Assembly (NCBI GenBank): GCA_963747235.1
Contig: CAVVEU010000040.1
Span: forward strand, 192,001 to 256,000
Origin: an uncultured Candidatus Rokubacteria bacterium
GTDB lineage: Bacteria; Methylomirabilota; Methylomirabilia; Rokubacteriales; CSP1-6
Length of the DNA: 64,000 nt
Reading direction: 5' to 3'
Part shown: one piece after another, positions 42,982-53,780 of the stretch
How the letters are laid out: each line of letters starts with the position of its first letter
Numbering within the stretch: position 1 is the stretch's first letter
Program-made: the position numbers and the translations under genes
Notes under the pieces: generated by a model
Told to the model about the DNA's origin: nothing
Seen by the model: only the letters and a program-made list of their open reading frames with translations
The model's database searches: none

Positions 42982-44016
42982 TCAGGGGCGGGTCGGGGCG
43001 CTCCGGCGGCGGCTCCGCCACTCCTGCTCGACGGCCGCGCGATCGGCGGTCTCGAGGCCCAGCAGCTCCTTGATGTCCTCGCCGTTGATGGCGGGCGCGT
43101 CCCCGACATTGTTGTTCAGCTTGAAGTAGACGCGACGGGCCTGCCCCTCCAGGGCGCGCCCGCGGGCCACGATTCCCGGCCAGCTCGGCGCGATCGTACA
43201 GGTAGCCGTACTTCTCGGCCACGCTCGGGGCCCGACCCTGAAGCTGCTTCATGAAGCCCTCCCGGTTGCGCCCGTGCAGCCGGATGACCGCGGTGGGGGC
43301 GGTGAGCGCCACCGCCGTGTCCACCGAGGCGGGCGTGCGCGGCGCGTCCACCGAGACGTAGGCCAGCCCGCGCGCGCTCAGCATCGCGAGCGTCTCCTCG
43401 GTGTGCCGCGGCAGCCAGGAGGCGTCGCGGAACTCCACCGCGATCGTCGTCCCGGGCAGGCGGGCGGGCAGCCCGGCGAGGTACTCGAGCGCCCGCTCCC
43501 CGTACTTCACCCACGGCGCCATCTGGAAGAGCACGTAGCCGAGCTTGCCCGCGTCGGCCAGCGGCTGCAGCCCCTCCCGGAACGCGGCGAAGGCCCACTC
43601 GCGCGCCTCCTCGCCGAAGGCGGCGTTCTCGATCTGGCCCCGCTCGTTGGGCCGGGCGGAGGCGGGCAGCCGCGCGGCGAGCGGCGGCGGCAGCCGCGCG
43701 GCGTCCAGGTGATGCCCGGTGAGCAGCGCGTAGGCCTTCACGCTGAAGAGGAAACCGGGCGGCGTCCGCTTCGCCCAGAGCACCGCGTTCTGGGCGGACA
43801 GCGGCGCGTAGAACGTGGAGTTGACCTCGACCGCGTCGAAGAAGCGGCTGTACCACCAGAGCCGCTCCTCCGCCTTCATGCTCTTGATCGGGTAGAACGA
43901 GCCCTCCTCCACCATGCTCTTGTCCTGCCACGCGCAGAGGCCGACGCGGTACTCCGTCGCGACGGGGCCGTCGGGGTGGTAGCGGATCAGCGGAGGCGCG
44001 CCCTCTGACGATCCAT
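42982..44016 (-). CDS. DUF72 (YecE) family protein (frameshifts; start approximate)
   Basis: RVGLCAW, YSRFFDAVEVNSTFY, TPPGFLFSVKA, LFQMAP, AVEFRD.SW, IRLHGRN, YLY. Confidence 0.85.
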
Positions 44017-44026
44017 CGGGCGCCGA

Positions 44027-46322
44027 CTATCGGGGGACGACTTCGGCATCGGCGCTGCGCTCGGCCAGGCCCAGGCGGCGGTGGAGCGAGACCAGCGGCG
44101 CGGGCGCCCACCAGTTCCACCGCCCCATGAGCCGCATGGTGGCGGGCACCAGCAGGGCCCGCACGATGGTGGCGTCGATCACCACCGCGAGCCCGATGCC
44201 GATGCCCACCGCCTGGATGATCACCGAGCGCGCGGTCGCGAAGCCGAAGAACACCGCGGCCATGATGGCGGCCGCGCCGGTGATGAGCCGCCCGGTGGAC
44301 TCGAGCGCCTCGGCCACCGCCCGCGTGGTGTCGCCGGTGCGCTCGTACTCCTCCTTCACCCGGCTCAGCAGCAGGACCTCGTAGTCCATCGAGAGGCCGA
44401 AGACGAAACAGAACATGATGAGCGGCGTGGCGGTCTGGATCGGGCCCGGGGTGAAGTGCAGCCAGCTCGCGAGATGCCCCTCCTGGAAGATCCACACCAG
44501 CGCGCCGTAGGACGCGCTGATGGACAGGAGGTTCATGATCACGGCCTTGAGCGGCAGCAGCACCGAGCCCAGCAGCAGGAAGAGCACCACGTAGGTCGCG
44601 ACCATGACGAGGCCGACCGTCATCGGGGCGTGGCGCGTGACCATGTCGATGATGTCGAGATCGAAGGCGGTCTGGCCCGTCACGAGCACCTCGCCCGCGA
44701 GCCGCGGGTGCGACGCGCGGATCTCCTCGACCAGGGCACGCGCCTCCGGGCTCGACGGCTTGAGCGCGGTCGAGACCACCAGCAGGGCCAGGCGGCCGCC
44801 GACGGTCTGCCGCAGGACCTGGGTCACGCCGGGCGGGCGCATCTCCGCGGGCGCGGTGGCGAGCTGCTGGTACTGCTCGCGCGTCACGCTCGGATCGAGA
44901 TCCACCAGGCTCTCCACCCGCGCCACGTTGGGCCGCGCGGCGAGCCAGCGGCTGAGATCGTAGAGGCCGCCCACGCGCTCCGCGGTGAGGGGCGTACCGT
45001 CCGGGTAGCGCACCACCACCAGGATCCGGTTGCTGTCGGCGCCCGGGAAAGTGCTCGCGGAGCACCTCGTCGCCGCGCCGCGAGACCGCCTCCGGCGGCA
45101 GCGCGTTGACGTCGCCCGAGCCCACCTTCAGGTGCAGGAACGGCAGCCCGAGGAACAGCAACAGGGCCGAGACCGAGATGAAGACCGCCCACGGATAGGC
45201 CATCACGGTGACCGCGATCTGGTGCCAGATCCCGCGCCCGGTCAGGCGGCGCTCGGGATGGATGAACGGCAGCCGGAGCGCGTTGACCCGCGGCCCGAGC
45301 ACGGCGAGCAGCGCGGGCAGGAGCGTGAGCGCGTAGAGCACGGCCAGCGAGACGACCACGGTGCCGGCCCAGCCGATCGAGCCGATGTTGCCGAGCCCGA
45401 GGAAGACCATGCCGAGCAGCCCGATCGCGACGGTGAGCCCGGAGAAGAGGATGGCCCGCCCGGCGGTGGCCATCGTGCGCTCGAGCGCCTCCGACCCGGG
45501 GTGCTCGCGGATCTCCTGGCGGAAGCGGCTCACGATGAAGAGGGAGTAGTCGATGGCCACCCCGAGGCCGATCATGGTCACGATGTTCGGCGCGTAGACC
45601 GAGACCGAGGTGTAACGGGCCATGAGCAGCGTGGCCGCGATGGCGCCCGCCATCGAGAGCGCGCCCACCGCCAGCGGCAGGAGCGCGGCCACCACCGAGC
45701 CGAACACCAGCAGGAGCAACACCACCACCACGGGCAGGATCACCAGCTCGGCGCGCCGCAGATCGGTGCGCGTCACCTCGGTGAAGTCGTGGTTGAGCGG
45801 GATGTTCCCGACCGGCAGCACCTCGAGGGTCTCGGTCTTCACCAGCGCCCGCAGCGAGGGATACACGTCGGGGGGCAGCACCGAGAACTCGAGCGAGGAG
45901 AACGCGGCCGCCTCGCCCTTCAGCTCCACCACCACCAGCACCCGCCGGCCGTCGCGCGACACGAGCTGGGCGGCCGGCACCGAAGCGTCGTAGACCGGCG
46001 GGTCGTACGCGGTCAGGACGCGGGCCACGCGCGCGTCGCGGCGGAGCGGCGCCACCGCCCGCTCGACTTCCTGGCGAAACGCGGGGTCCTGGGCCGAGCG
46101 GGTGGGGCTGCTGAAGATGAAGCTGAACGAGGGCGGCCGGCCTGGCAGCTCACGCCCGATCAGATCGAGCGCGCGGCCGGACTCCGTCGTCGTCGGGATG
46201 TCGGTGGTGGCGAGGCGCCCGCCGTGGAAGATCAGCCAGAGCGACGGCACCAGGCTCAGCAGGGACAGGGCGATGATGGCCACCCGGAAGCGATGAACGA
46301 GACGGCCCCATCCCGCGAGCAT
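44027..46322 (-). CDS. MMPL-family RND transporter (frameshift ~45045)
   Basis: GLGVAIDYSLFIVSRF, TAGRAILFSG, FGLSMDYEVLLLSRVKEE, IDATIVRALLVP. Confidence 0.9.
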
Positions 46323-46328
46323 AGGTAC

Positions 46329-46745
46329 TTATCGTACCGCGAACCGACAATCCGCCCGGCGCTTTACGCTCCGGGGCGGCGGCGGGCTGCGCTCGCGGGC
46401 GGCCGCTGCCACCACCGCGCCGACCACCACCAGCGCGCCCGCCAGGGACCAGAACACCGGGCGATAGCCGCCCCACCAGCGACCAGGCGCTGAGCGGGCG
46501 GTGCCCAGTCGCGCGCGCTCCGTATGAGCGCCCAGGGCCCGCGCCGATCGAGCCAGCGCTCCACCGGCAGGGCGGGAGCGCCGCGACGCCCATGCCGACC
46601 CTGAAGGCGCCGATGACCGCGCGCGCGCGAGGGCGCCGAGGTCTCGCGCCATCGAGGCGAGGAAGACGGGGAAGCCGTAGTAGAGGATGCCCCAGGAGAC
46701 CGTCTCGGCGACGGAGAGCGTCACGACGACGCGCCAGCCGTAGTC
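46329..46745 (-). pseudogene. Internally deleted MFS transporter remnant
   Basis: MFS start (YGWRVV.TLSVAETVSWGILYYGFPVFL...WLDRRGP) joined to an MFS end (GGYRPVFWSLAG) in only ~420 bp. Confidence 0.55.
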
Positions 46746-47239
46746 AGAGAAGCTGCTCCATGATCAGGACGTCCACCCAGCGGCCGTCGAGCTGGCCCTG
46801 CTCGTGGTACACGCCGACCGGCGTGAAGCCCATGCGCCGGTAGAGCGCGAGGCCCGCGTCATTGTAGGGAAAGGTGGCCAGCACCATCTTGTGATAGCCG
46901 ATCTGGCGCGCGAGCCCGAGCACGTGCTGCAGCAGCGCCTTGCCCACCCCGCGGCCCCGCCAGGCGCGCTCGACGTAGACCGAGAGATCCACCACGTTGT
47001 CGTAGGCGGGGCGCGGATTGAACGGGTTGAGGCTCCCCCACCCGACCACCTGGCCGTCGGTGGTCGCGACGACCACGGGGTGACGCGGCCCGCGCGCGGC
47101 CATCCACTGTCGCCGCTCCTCCGGGCGTGCGCAGCTCGGTCTCGAGCGTGGCGATGCGGTCCTCGATGCCCTGGTTGTAGATCGCGCAGATCGCCGCGGC
47201 GTCGTCCGGCGTCGCGGGGCGTAGCGAGACGTCCCCCAT
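46744..47239 (-). CDS. ArsN1/Pat-like N-acetyltransferase (frameshift ~47125)
   Basis: IYNQGIEDRIATLETE, WGSLNPFNPRPAY, SVYVER.WRGRGVG, GYHKMVLA, EQGQLDGRWVDV. Confidence 0.8.
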
Positions 47240-47281
47240 GAGCGTGCCTCCCTTGCCCCGCAGTCTGCCCGCGCGGCCGCG

Positions 47282-47325
47282 ATAAGGGAAATAGATTGTT
47301 CTCATACCGACGATGAGAAATACTT
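47282..47325. promoter_or_regulatory. Candidate LysR operator in an AT-rich divergent gap
   Basis: ATAG-N7-TCAT (T-N11-A) at 47291-47305 and TTCTCAT-N7-ATGAGAA at 47299-47319. Confidence 0.5.
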
Positions 47326-47332
47326 TGGGACG

Positions 47333-48289
47333 GTGGATCTCAATCCCGCCCACGTGCGCACGCTCCGGGAAATTGCGCGCCATGGAAGCTTCTCGCGCGC
47401 GGCGGAGAGCCTGCGCCTGAGCCAGCCCGCGGTGAGCCTGCACATGCGCCAGCTCGAGGCCCGCTGCGGCACCGCGCTGCTCGAGCGGGTGGGCAAGCGC
47501 GCGTTCCCTACTCCGGCGGGGGTGGTGCTGCTGGAGCACGCCGGGCGGGCGTTCGCCGAGCTCGAGGCCGCGCAGGAGGCGCTCCGCCAGCTCCGCGGGG
47601 TGGTCGCGGGGCGGCTGCGCCTCGGCACCGGCGCCACCGCGAGCATCCACCTGCTGCCGCCGCTCCTGCGGCGGATGCGGGCGCGCTACCCCGAGCTCGA
47701 GCTGATCGTGGTGACCGGCAACGCGCCCGAGATCGCGGCCGCCGTCGCGGCCAACGAGCTCGACGTGGCCATCGTCACGCTGCCCGTGACGGGCCGCCAG
47801 CTCCTGATGACGCCTCTGTTGCTCGACCCGCTGGTGGCGGTGGGCCCGCCCGCGCAGGCATGGCCGCGGCGGGGCGCGCTCACCGCGGCCGAGGTGGCGC
47901 GCCACCCGCTCATCGTCTACGAGCGCGGCGGCACCATCCGGCGCGTGATCGACGGCTGGTTCCGTCGCGGGGGCGCGCGGCCCCGGATCGTGATGGAGCT
48001 CGGCAACGAGGAGGCCATCAAGAAGCTGGTGGGCGCGGGCCTCGGCGTCTCGGTGAGCCCGGCCATGGCGGTGCGGGACGAGGTGCGCTCGGGCGCGCTC
48101 TCCATGCGGCCGCTTTCGCCCGCCCTGGTGCGGCGCCTCGGCCTCGTGCGCCGCCGCGACAAGCCCGAGACCCCGGCGCTTCGCATGTTCCTCACGGCGG
48201 TCACCGCGCTCGCTAATGAAAATCGTGCGAAGGGACGCTCGCCAGCCGGTGGCGCAGCGGGGCGAGCCGCTCGGCGCGCACCGAGGTGA
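47333..48289 (+). CDS. LysR-family transcriptional regulator
   Basis: GSFSRAAESLRLSQPAVSLHMRQLE; IKKLVGAGLGVS. Confidence 0.93.
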   Translation: MDLNPAHVRTLREIARHGSFSRAAESLRLSQPAVSLHMRQLEARCGTALLERVGKRAFPTPAGVVLLEHAGRAFAELEAAQEALRQLRGVVAGRLRLGTGATASIHLLPPLLRRMRARYPELELIVVTGNAPEIAAAVAANELDVAIVTLPVTGRQLLMTPLLLDPLVAVGPPAQAWPRRGALTAAEVARHPLIVYERGGTIRRVIDGWFRRGGARPRIVMELGNEEAIKKLVGAGLGVSVSPAMAVRDEVRSGALSMRPLSPALVRRLGLVRRRDKPETPALRMFLTAVTALANENRAKGRSPAGGAAGRAARRAPR

Positions 48290-51200
48290 CGTTGTCCTGG
48301 CGCTGTAGAATGCCCTCGATCAGGAGGAAGGGCTCGTTGACGAGGGCCAGCCGGTGGCGATGGAAGAGCGCGGGCCGCACGATGACGTTGACCAGGCCCG
48401 TCTCGTCCTCGAGGTTCAGGAACACGAAGCCCTTGGCGGTGCCGGGCCGCTGGCGCACCACCACCGCCCCCGCCACCTTCACCCACGCCCCGTGACGGAA
48501 GGCGGCCAGATCCGCCGCGCGCGACACACCCATCCGTAATAGCGCGCCGCGCCGGAAGGCCATCGGGTGCGGCCCGAGCGTGAGGCCGGTGCCCTCGTAG
48601 TCGGCGATCAGCCGCTCCTCCGCGCTCATCGGCCGTAGCGGCGAGGGCTCCCGCGGCGCGGGCAGGTCTTCGTAGAGCGCCCCCGCGGGGCGCCCCGCGC
48701 GCTCCGCCTCCCAGAGCGCGGCCCGCCGCTCCGGCTCGAGGCTCGCCAGCGCGCCGACCCGCGCGAGCTGGGCCAGCTCGTCGCGCCGCAGCGCGCCCCG
48801 CTTCACCACGTCCTCCACCGAGGCTGAAGGGCCGCCGCCGGCGCTCCGCCTCGAGACGCCGCCCCGCCTCTTCCCGCAGCCCGCGCACGTAGCGCAGCCC
48901 GAGCCGCACGACGCCGTCCGGCTCGATGGCGCAGAGCCAGCCCGAGAAGTTCACGTCGGCGGGCCGGATCCCCTGCCCGTGCCGGCCCGCGTCGCCGATG
49001 ATGGTGGCCGGATCGTAGAAGCCCATCGGCTGGTTGTTGAGCAGCGCCGCGTAGAACGCCGCCGGGTGATGCGCCTTGAGATACGCGCTCGCGTACGCCA
49101 GCAGGGCGAAGCTCGCCGCGTGGGAGTTGTGGACGATCAGGTCATTGGCCACGAAGTTGTGGTCGCCCTCCACGGTGAGGTCGTACGTCTCCCGCACTCC
49201 GACCGGCGCCACGCTCACCACCCGGTCCCAGTCAACGTCGGTCATCTCCGACGTCCGAGGCGCCGCGATGTGGTCGCCGGGGCGCAGGCTCCCGAGCGGC
49301 TGCCAGCCGTCGACGGTGAGCAAGGGATGCTCCGGCGTGGCCAGCAGCTCCCGGCCCAGCGCGGTGCGAAGGCGATGGACCATCCGAGGGCCGCTCGCGG
49401 TGGCCGCGAGCACCCGGCGCTTCCGGATCTTGAGATCCGCATCGCACGCGAAGGTGTGCGTGAGCGGCACGTTCCCCTTCACCACGTCCTCGATCTTCAC
49501 CCGGCGTCCGGTCTCCGCGTCGATGACGAGCGTCTCGCCCACCACGCACTCCGGGAAGCCGTACAAGGCGAAGGCGGTGATGGAGTGGATGATGGCCTCG
49601 GCGGCGGCGCCCGAGATGCCCTGGCGCGCCATGCCCGCGCGGAGCTTCACCTCCACCTCGCGCATGGCCCGCTCCGAGCGCTTGAAGCCGAAGGCGCGGC
49701 GCAGCTCCTCGGCCTCGCCGCCGGTGAAGCCGGCGGTGGCCATCGCCATGCGGAGTAGCTGCTCCTGGAAGAGCGGCACGCCGAGCGTGCGCTCCAGGAT
49801 GGGCTCGAGCGCGGGATGCGGCACCGTGATCGCCTCGCGGCCCGCGCGGCGGCGCAGGTAGGGATGCACCATGTCGCCCACGATGGGCCCGGGACGGATG
49901 ATGGCCACCTGCACGACCAGATCGTAGAAGCGCTCGGGGCGCAGGCGCGGCAGCGTCGCCATCTGGGCGCGGCTCTCCACCTGGAAGACGCCGATGGTGT
50001 CGGCCTGCTGGAGCATGGCGTAGACCTTGGGATCGTTCTGGGGGAGATGGGCCAGGTCCACCGCGCCGCCGCGGCGCCGGATCATCTCGAGCGCGTCCTG
50101 GAGCAGCGACATCATGCCGAGCCCCAGCAGATCCACCTTGACGATGCCGAGCGCGGCGCAGTCGTCCTTGTCCCACTGCACCACGCTGCGGCCGGGCATG
50201 GTGGCGGGCTCGAGCGGCACCACGCCGTCGAGGCGCCCCTGGGCGATCACCATGCCGCCCGAGTGCTGGCCCAGGTGCCGCGGCAGATCCTGGATGCCGC
50301 TCCAGAGCCGGGCGAAGTGCTGCATGCGCGGCTCGGCGGGATCGCAGCCGGCCTCGCCCAGGTGCGCGAGCAGGCTGTCGCCCGGATCCGTGTACTCCCA
50401 GTTGCTCACGAGCTGGGAGAGCCGCTCGATCGTGTCGGCGGGCAGGCCCAGGGTCTTGCCGACCTCCCGCGCCGCGCTGCGCCCGCGATAGGTGATGACG
50501 TTGGCGGTCATGGCCGCGCCGAGGCGCCCGTAGCGCTCGTAGACGTACTGGATCACCGTCTCGCGCCGGTCGCCGCTCGGCAGGTCGAGATCGATGTCGG
50601 GCCACTCGCCGCGCTCCTCGGAGAGGAAGCGCTCGAAGAGCAGCTCCATGCCGACCGGATCCACCGCGGTGAGGCCGAGCGCGTAGCACACCGCGCTGTT
50701 GGCCGCGGAGCCGCGCCCCTGCACCAGCACGTCGTGGGCACGGCAGTACTGGACCAGGTCCCAGACGATGAGGAAATAGCCCGCCAGGTCGAGGCGGCCG
50801 ATCAGGGCCAGCTCGTGCTCGATCTGCCGCCGCGCCTTCTCGGCGAGCGGGCCCGAGCCGTACCGGTCGCGGGCGCCCGCGTGGGCGAGCTCGCGCAGGA
50901 AGCCGATCGGCGTCTCGCCGCGGGGCAGCGGGTAGTCGGGGAAGCGATAGCCCAGGTCCTTCAAGGTGAAGCCGAGCCGCAGCGCCAGCTCGCCGGTATT
51001 GGCCACCGCTTCGGGGCAGTCCGCGAAGAGCCGCTCCATCACCCGGCCGCTCTTCATGAAGTGCTCGCTGTTGCGCGCGAGCAGGCGGCCCGCGGCCTCG
51101 AGCGTGGTGTGCTCGCGGATGCACGTGAGCACGTCGAGCAGCGGGCGGTCCCCGCGCGCGATCAGCCGGGGCTCGTTGGTGGCGAGCGGGGCCAGGCGGA

Positions 51201-51744
51201 GTCGCGCGGCCTCGCCGCGCAGCCACTCGTTGCGCGCTTCCTGCGGGCGGCTCAGGTGGCGCTGCAGCTCCGCGAAGACGTTGGAGCGGCCGTAGATGCC
51301 GACGAGCCGCTCGAGGCATTCGCGCCCGGCATCCGCGCCGGCGCGCGCGAGCGCGGCCGCCACCGGGCCGCGGCCGCTGCCGGTCAGGCAGACGAGGCCG
51401 CCCGAGAACTCGGCCAGCTCTTCGAACGTGGCGGCGCCTTCCCCCTTCGGCGCGCGCATCTTCACCCGGGTCAGCAGGCGGCAGAGGTTCTGGTATCCCT
51501 CGCGATCTTCCACCAGCAGCGGCAGCCGGCTGCCGTCGCCCAGCGTGATCTCCGCGCCCACCAGCGCCGAGAGGCCGAGCCGGGTGCAGGCGCGATAGAG
51601 CCGGGGCGCGCCGTAGACGCCGTCGGCGTCCAGCAGCGCGACGGCGGGCTGCTCGAGCCGCGCCGCGCGCTCGGCCAGCGCTTCGGGCAGCGCCGCCGCC
51701 TCGAGAAAGCTGAAGGCACTCCGGGCATGCAGCTCGACGAACAC
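48213..51744 (-). CDS. dnaE2: Error-prone DNA polymerase DnaE2/ImuC containing an intein (frameshift ~48822)
   Basis: FVELHARSAFSFL, QGRGSAANS, PDIDLD, LPRHLGQHSGG, FQVESRAQM, RQRPGTAKG, C-terminal SHDFH. Confidence 0.95.
49126..49548 (-). mobile_element. Class 1 mini-intein (141 aa, no homing endonuclease) in DnaE2
   Basis: Splits YGFPE|SHAASF; begins CVVGET, block B TPEHPLLT, block F ETYDLTVEGDHNFVAND, ends VHN; +1 residue is Ser. Confidence 0.95.
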
Positions 51745-51764
51745 GGCCAGTCCTGCGAGGGACG

Positions 51765-53048
51765 CTAGTCGTAGATGCCTTCGAGGCGCCAGGCGGAGCC
51801 GTCATGCGCCAGGCGGCACAGCGTGCCGTCGGCCAGCTCCACGTCCCACTCGTCCTGCAGCCACGGCCGTGGGCTCCACCATTCGCCCGAGACGCGCCAC
51901 GGCCCCACCCCGGCGACGATGCGTCCCGTGAGGCGGCCCGAGCGCACCGCCACCGGCCGGCCGGAGGCGAGCGTCACCGACGCGGGCGCGGGCGGGCGGA
52001 GGCGGCGGAGGGCGAGGGCGGGGGCCTCGCCCCTCGTCTTCCTGCCCTCTCCCCTCAGGGGAGAGGGATAGGAGGCGAGGGCGACGGCGTCGGGGCGGTG
52101 GGTGTCGAGCAGCGCGGGGGCGCCGATGGCCTCGGCGCCCACGAGTGCCACCAGGCGATTTAATGTGGCGGTGAGCTGACGCGGAGCGGGGCGCGAGCGA
52201 TCGGTGAGCGACTCCTGCGCGGGCGCGAGCCGCACCGGGCGCGCGCGAAACGTGAGCGCTTCCACCACGCCGCGCGGCGGGCGCGCTTCGAGCGCCAGGC
52301 GGAGCAATCCTCCGACCGACCCGGCATCGGTGATCGGCACCGCGGGCGTGAGCGCGCCATCGTGAACGCGGCCGTCGCCGAGCCGGCAGGTCCACTCGAA
52401 GCTGTCCGCCGCGAGCCCGGCGGCGCCGAGGCGCGCGCAGACGCGGGCGGCCAGCTCGCGCAGGCGCTCCACCACCGGCTCGAGCGTCTCGAGCCCCCAC
52501 TCGCACGCGGCCGATTCCTCGAAGAGCGGCACGGGCCGCCACGAGACGAGCGGGCGCGGATCTTCCCCGCGGGCCAGTCGCTGGAGCCGGACGCCGTCGC
52601 CGCCGAGTCGCTCGAACAGCCCCGCGGTGGGCAGGGCGGCCAGCTCGCCGAGCGTGCGGAGCCCCCATCGCGACAGGCGCGTGGCCGTCTCCTCCGGCAG
52701 ATCGAGCAGCGAGAGCGGCGCCGGGGCGAGATAGGCGGCGTCGCCGCCCGGCGCGACGACCAGCACCCCGGGCCCCAGGCGCGCGGCGGCGAGCGCGGCG
52801 ATGCGGCTCTCCGCGATGCCCACGCGAATCTCCACGCTCGCCGACGCGGCGGCGGCGCGGAGCCGCGCGGCCAGACGTGGCTCGTCGCCGAAGAGCCCTT
52901 CGAGGCCGGACGCGTCGAGATAGAGCCGGCCGGCGCCGGCGTCCTCCACGCGGGGGGAATGCGCGAGCGCCACGCGTAGCAGCGCGGGCCGCGCGGGTTG
53001 ATTCCCCGCGGATTGATTCATGGTCAGCAGGCAGGCGATGCGGGTCAT
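51765..53048 (-). CDS. imuB: ImuB (inactive Y-family polymerase-like)
   Basis: SPRVE, LYLDASGLEGLFG, YLAPAPLSLL, WGLRTLGELA, GPWRVSGEWW, W.LEGIYD; lies upstream of dnaE2. Confidence 0.85.
   Translation of the reverse strand: MTRIACLLTMNQSAGNQPARPALLRVALAHSPRVEDAGAGRLYLDASGLEGLFGDEPRLAARLRAAAASASVEIRVGIAESRIAALAAARLGPGVLVVAPGGDAAYLAPAPLSLLDLPEETATRLSRWGLRTLGELAALPTAGLFERLGGDGVRLQRLARGEDPRPLVSWRPVPLFEESAACEWGLETLEPVVERLRELAARVCARLGAAGLAADSFEWTCRLGDGRVHDGALTPAVPITDAGSVGGLLRLALEARPPRGVVEALTFRARPVRLAPAQESLTDRSRPAPRQLTATLNRLVALVGAEAIGAPALLDTHRPDAVALASYPSPLRGEGRKTRGEAPALALRRLRPPAPASVTLASGRPVAVRSGRLTGRIVAGVGPWRVSGEWWSPRPWLQDEWDVELADGTLCRLAHDGSAWRLEGIYD
52045..52067. repeat. Palindrome core of the BoxC/REP-like element, in frame inside imuB
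   Basis: CCCTCTCCCC-TCA-GGGGAGAGGG, read as PSPLRGEG. Confidence 0.7.
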
Positions 53049-53714
53049 AGCGTCCAGTCGAGCGTCCAGCAGCTCCCCTCACCTTAATCCCCTCACCCTT
53101 AATCCCCTCACCCTTCCCTCTCCCCAGAGGGGAGAGGGTATGGGGAAGGGCGGGAGCGGAAGATGGAGACCTCGGAGCGGAGGCCGGCCAGACGGGTGAG
53201 CGGGCGGAGCCCCATCCAGCGCGGCGCCGAGCCGCCGCGTGGCCAGGACCAGGGAGGCGGGGCTGCCCTCGCGATGGCGGGCGCTCCGGGTGATCAGGAT
53301 GGTGTCGCCGCCCTCCACCGCGCGCTGCAGCCGCAGATGGGCCGAGGCGGGCATGGGCCCGAGCTCGTCCAGGTCCAGCACGACCAGGGCGAATCCGGGG
53401 CAGCGGACCAGGAGATCGGCGGCGCTGAGCGCCACGCGGAGCCGGCCCCCGCACTTCACCCACAGCAGCGCGGAGAGATCGGCCCCGGCCGACGCGGCGG
53501 ACGCCGGGTCGAGCGCGTCCATCCCGTCCACGAAGGCCACCTGGCCGCCTGAAGTCGTGATCCGGGCGATGAGAGCCAGGAGCAGGCTGCTGCCTCCGGA
53601 GGATCGGGGACCGACGATCTCGCTGAGCCGGCCCGGTGGGAACAGACCGAGCAGGCCGTCGATCCCCTCGCGCTCCCATCCTGGCGGGGATGAGGACTCG
53701 ATCGGGATAGCCAT
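53045..53714 (-). CDS. imuA: ImuA (RecA-like; 3' end has indels and a repeat insertion)
   Basis: FPPGRLSEIVGPRSSGGSSLL, VAFVD..DALDP, FALVVLD; likely tail CWTLDWTL* overlaps the imuB ATG. Confidence 0.75.
53075..53138 (+). repeat. BoxC/REP-like palindrome preceded by two ~15-bp tandem units
   Basis: CCCCTCACC(C)TTAAT x2 then CCCCTCACCCTT-CCCTCTCCCC-AGA-GGGGAGAGGG. Confidence 0.75.
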
Positions 53715-53740
53715 GAGGCTCTATAAGATGACCAGGCCGT

Positions 53741-53769
53741 ATTACACATCACCTGTTTAGTATATGCAA
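53741..53769 (-). promoter_or_regulatory. imuA promoter with an overlapping imperfect palindrome
   Basis: TTGCAT-N17-TGTAAT in a strongly AT-rich patch; TACACATC-ACCT-GTTTAGTA at 53743-53762. Confidence 0.55.
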
Positions 53770-53780
53770 CCACAAAAAAA

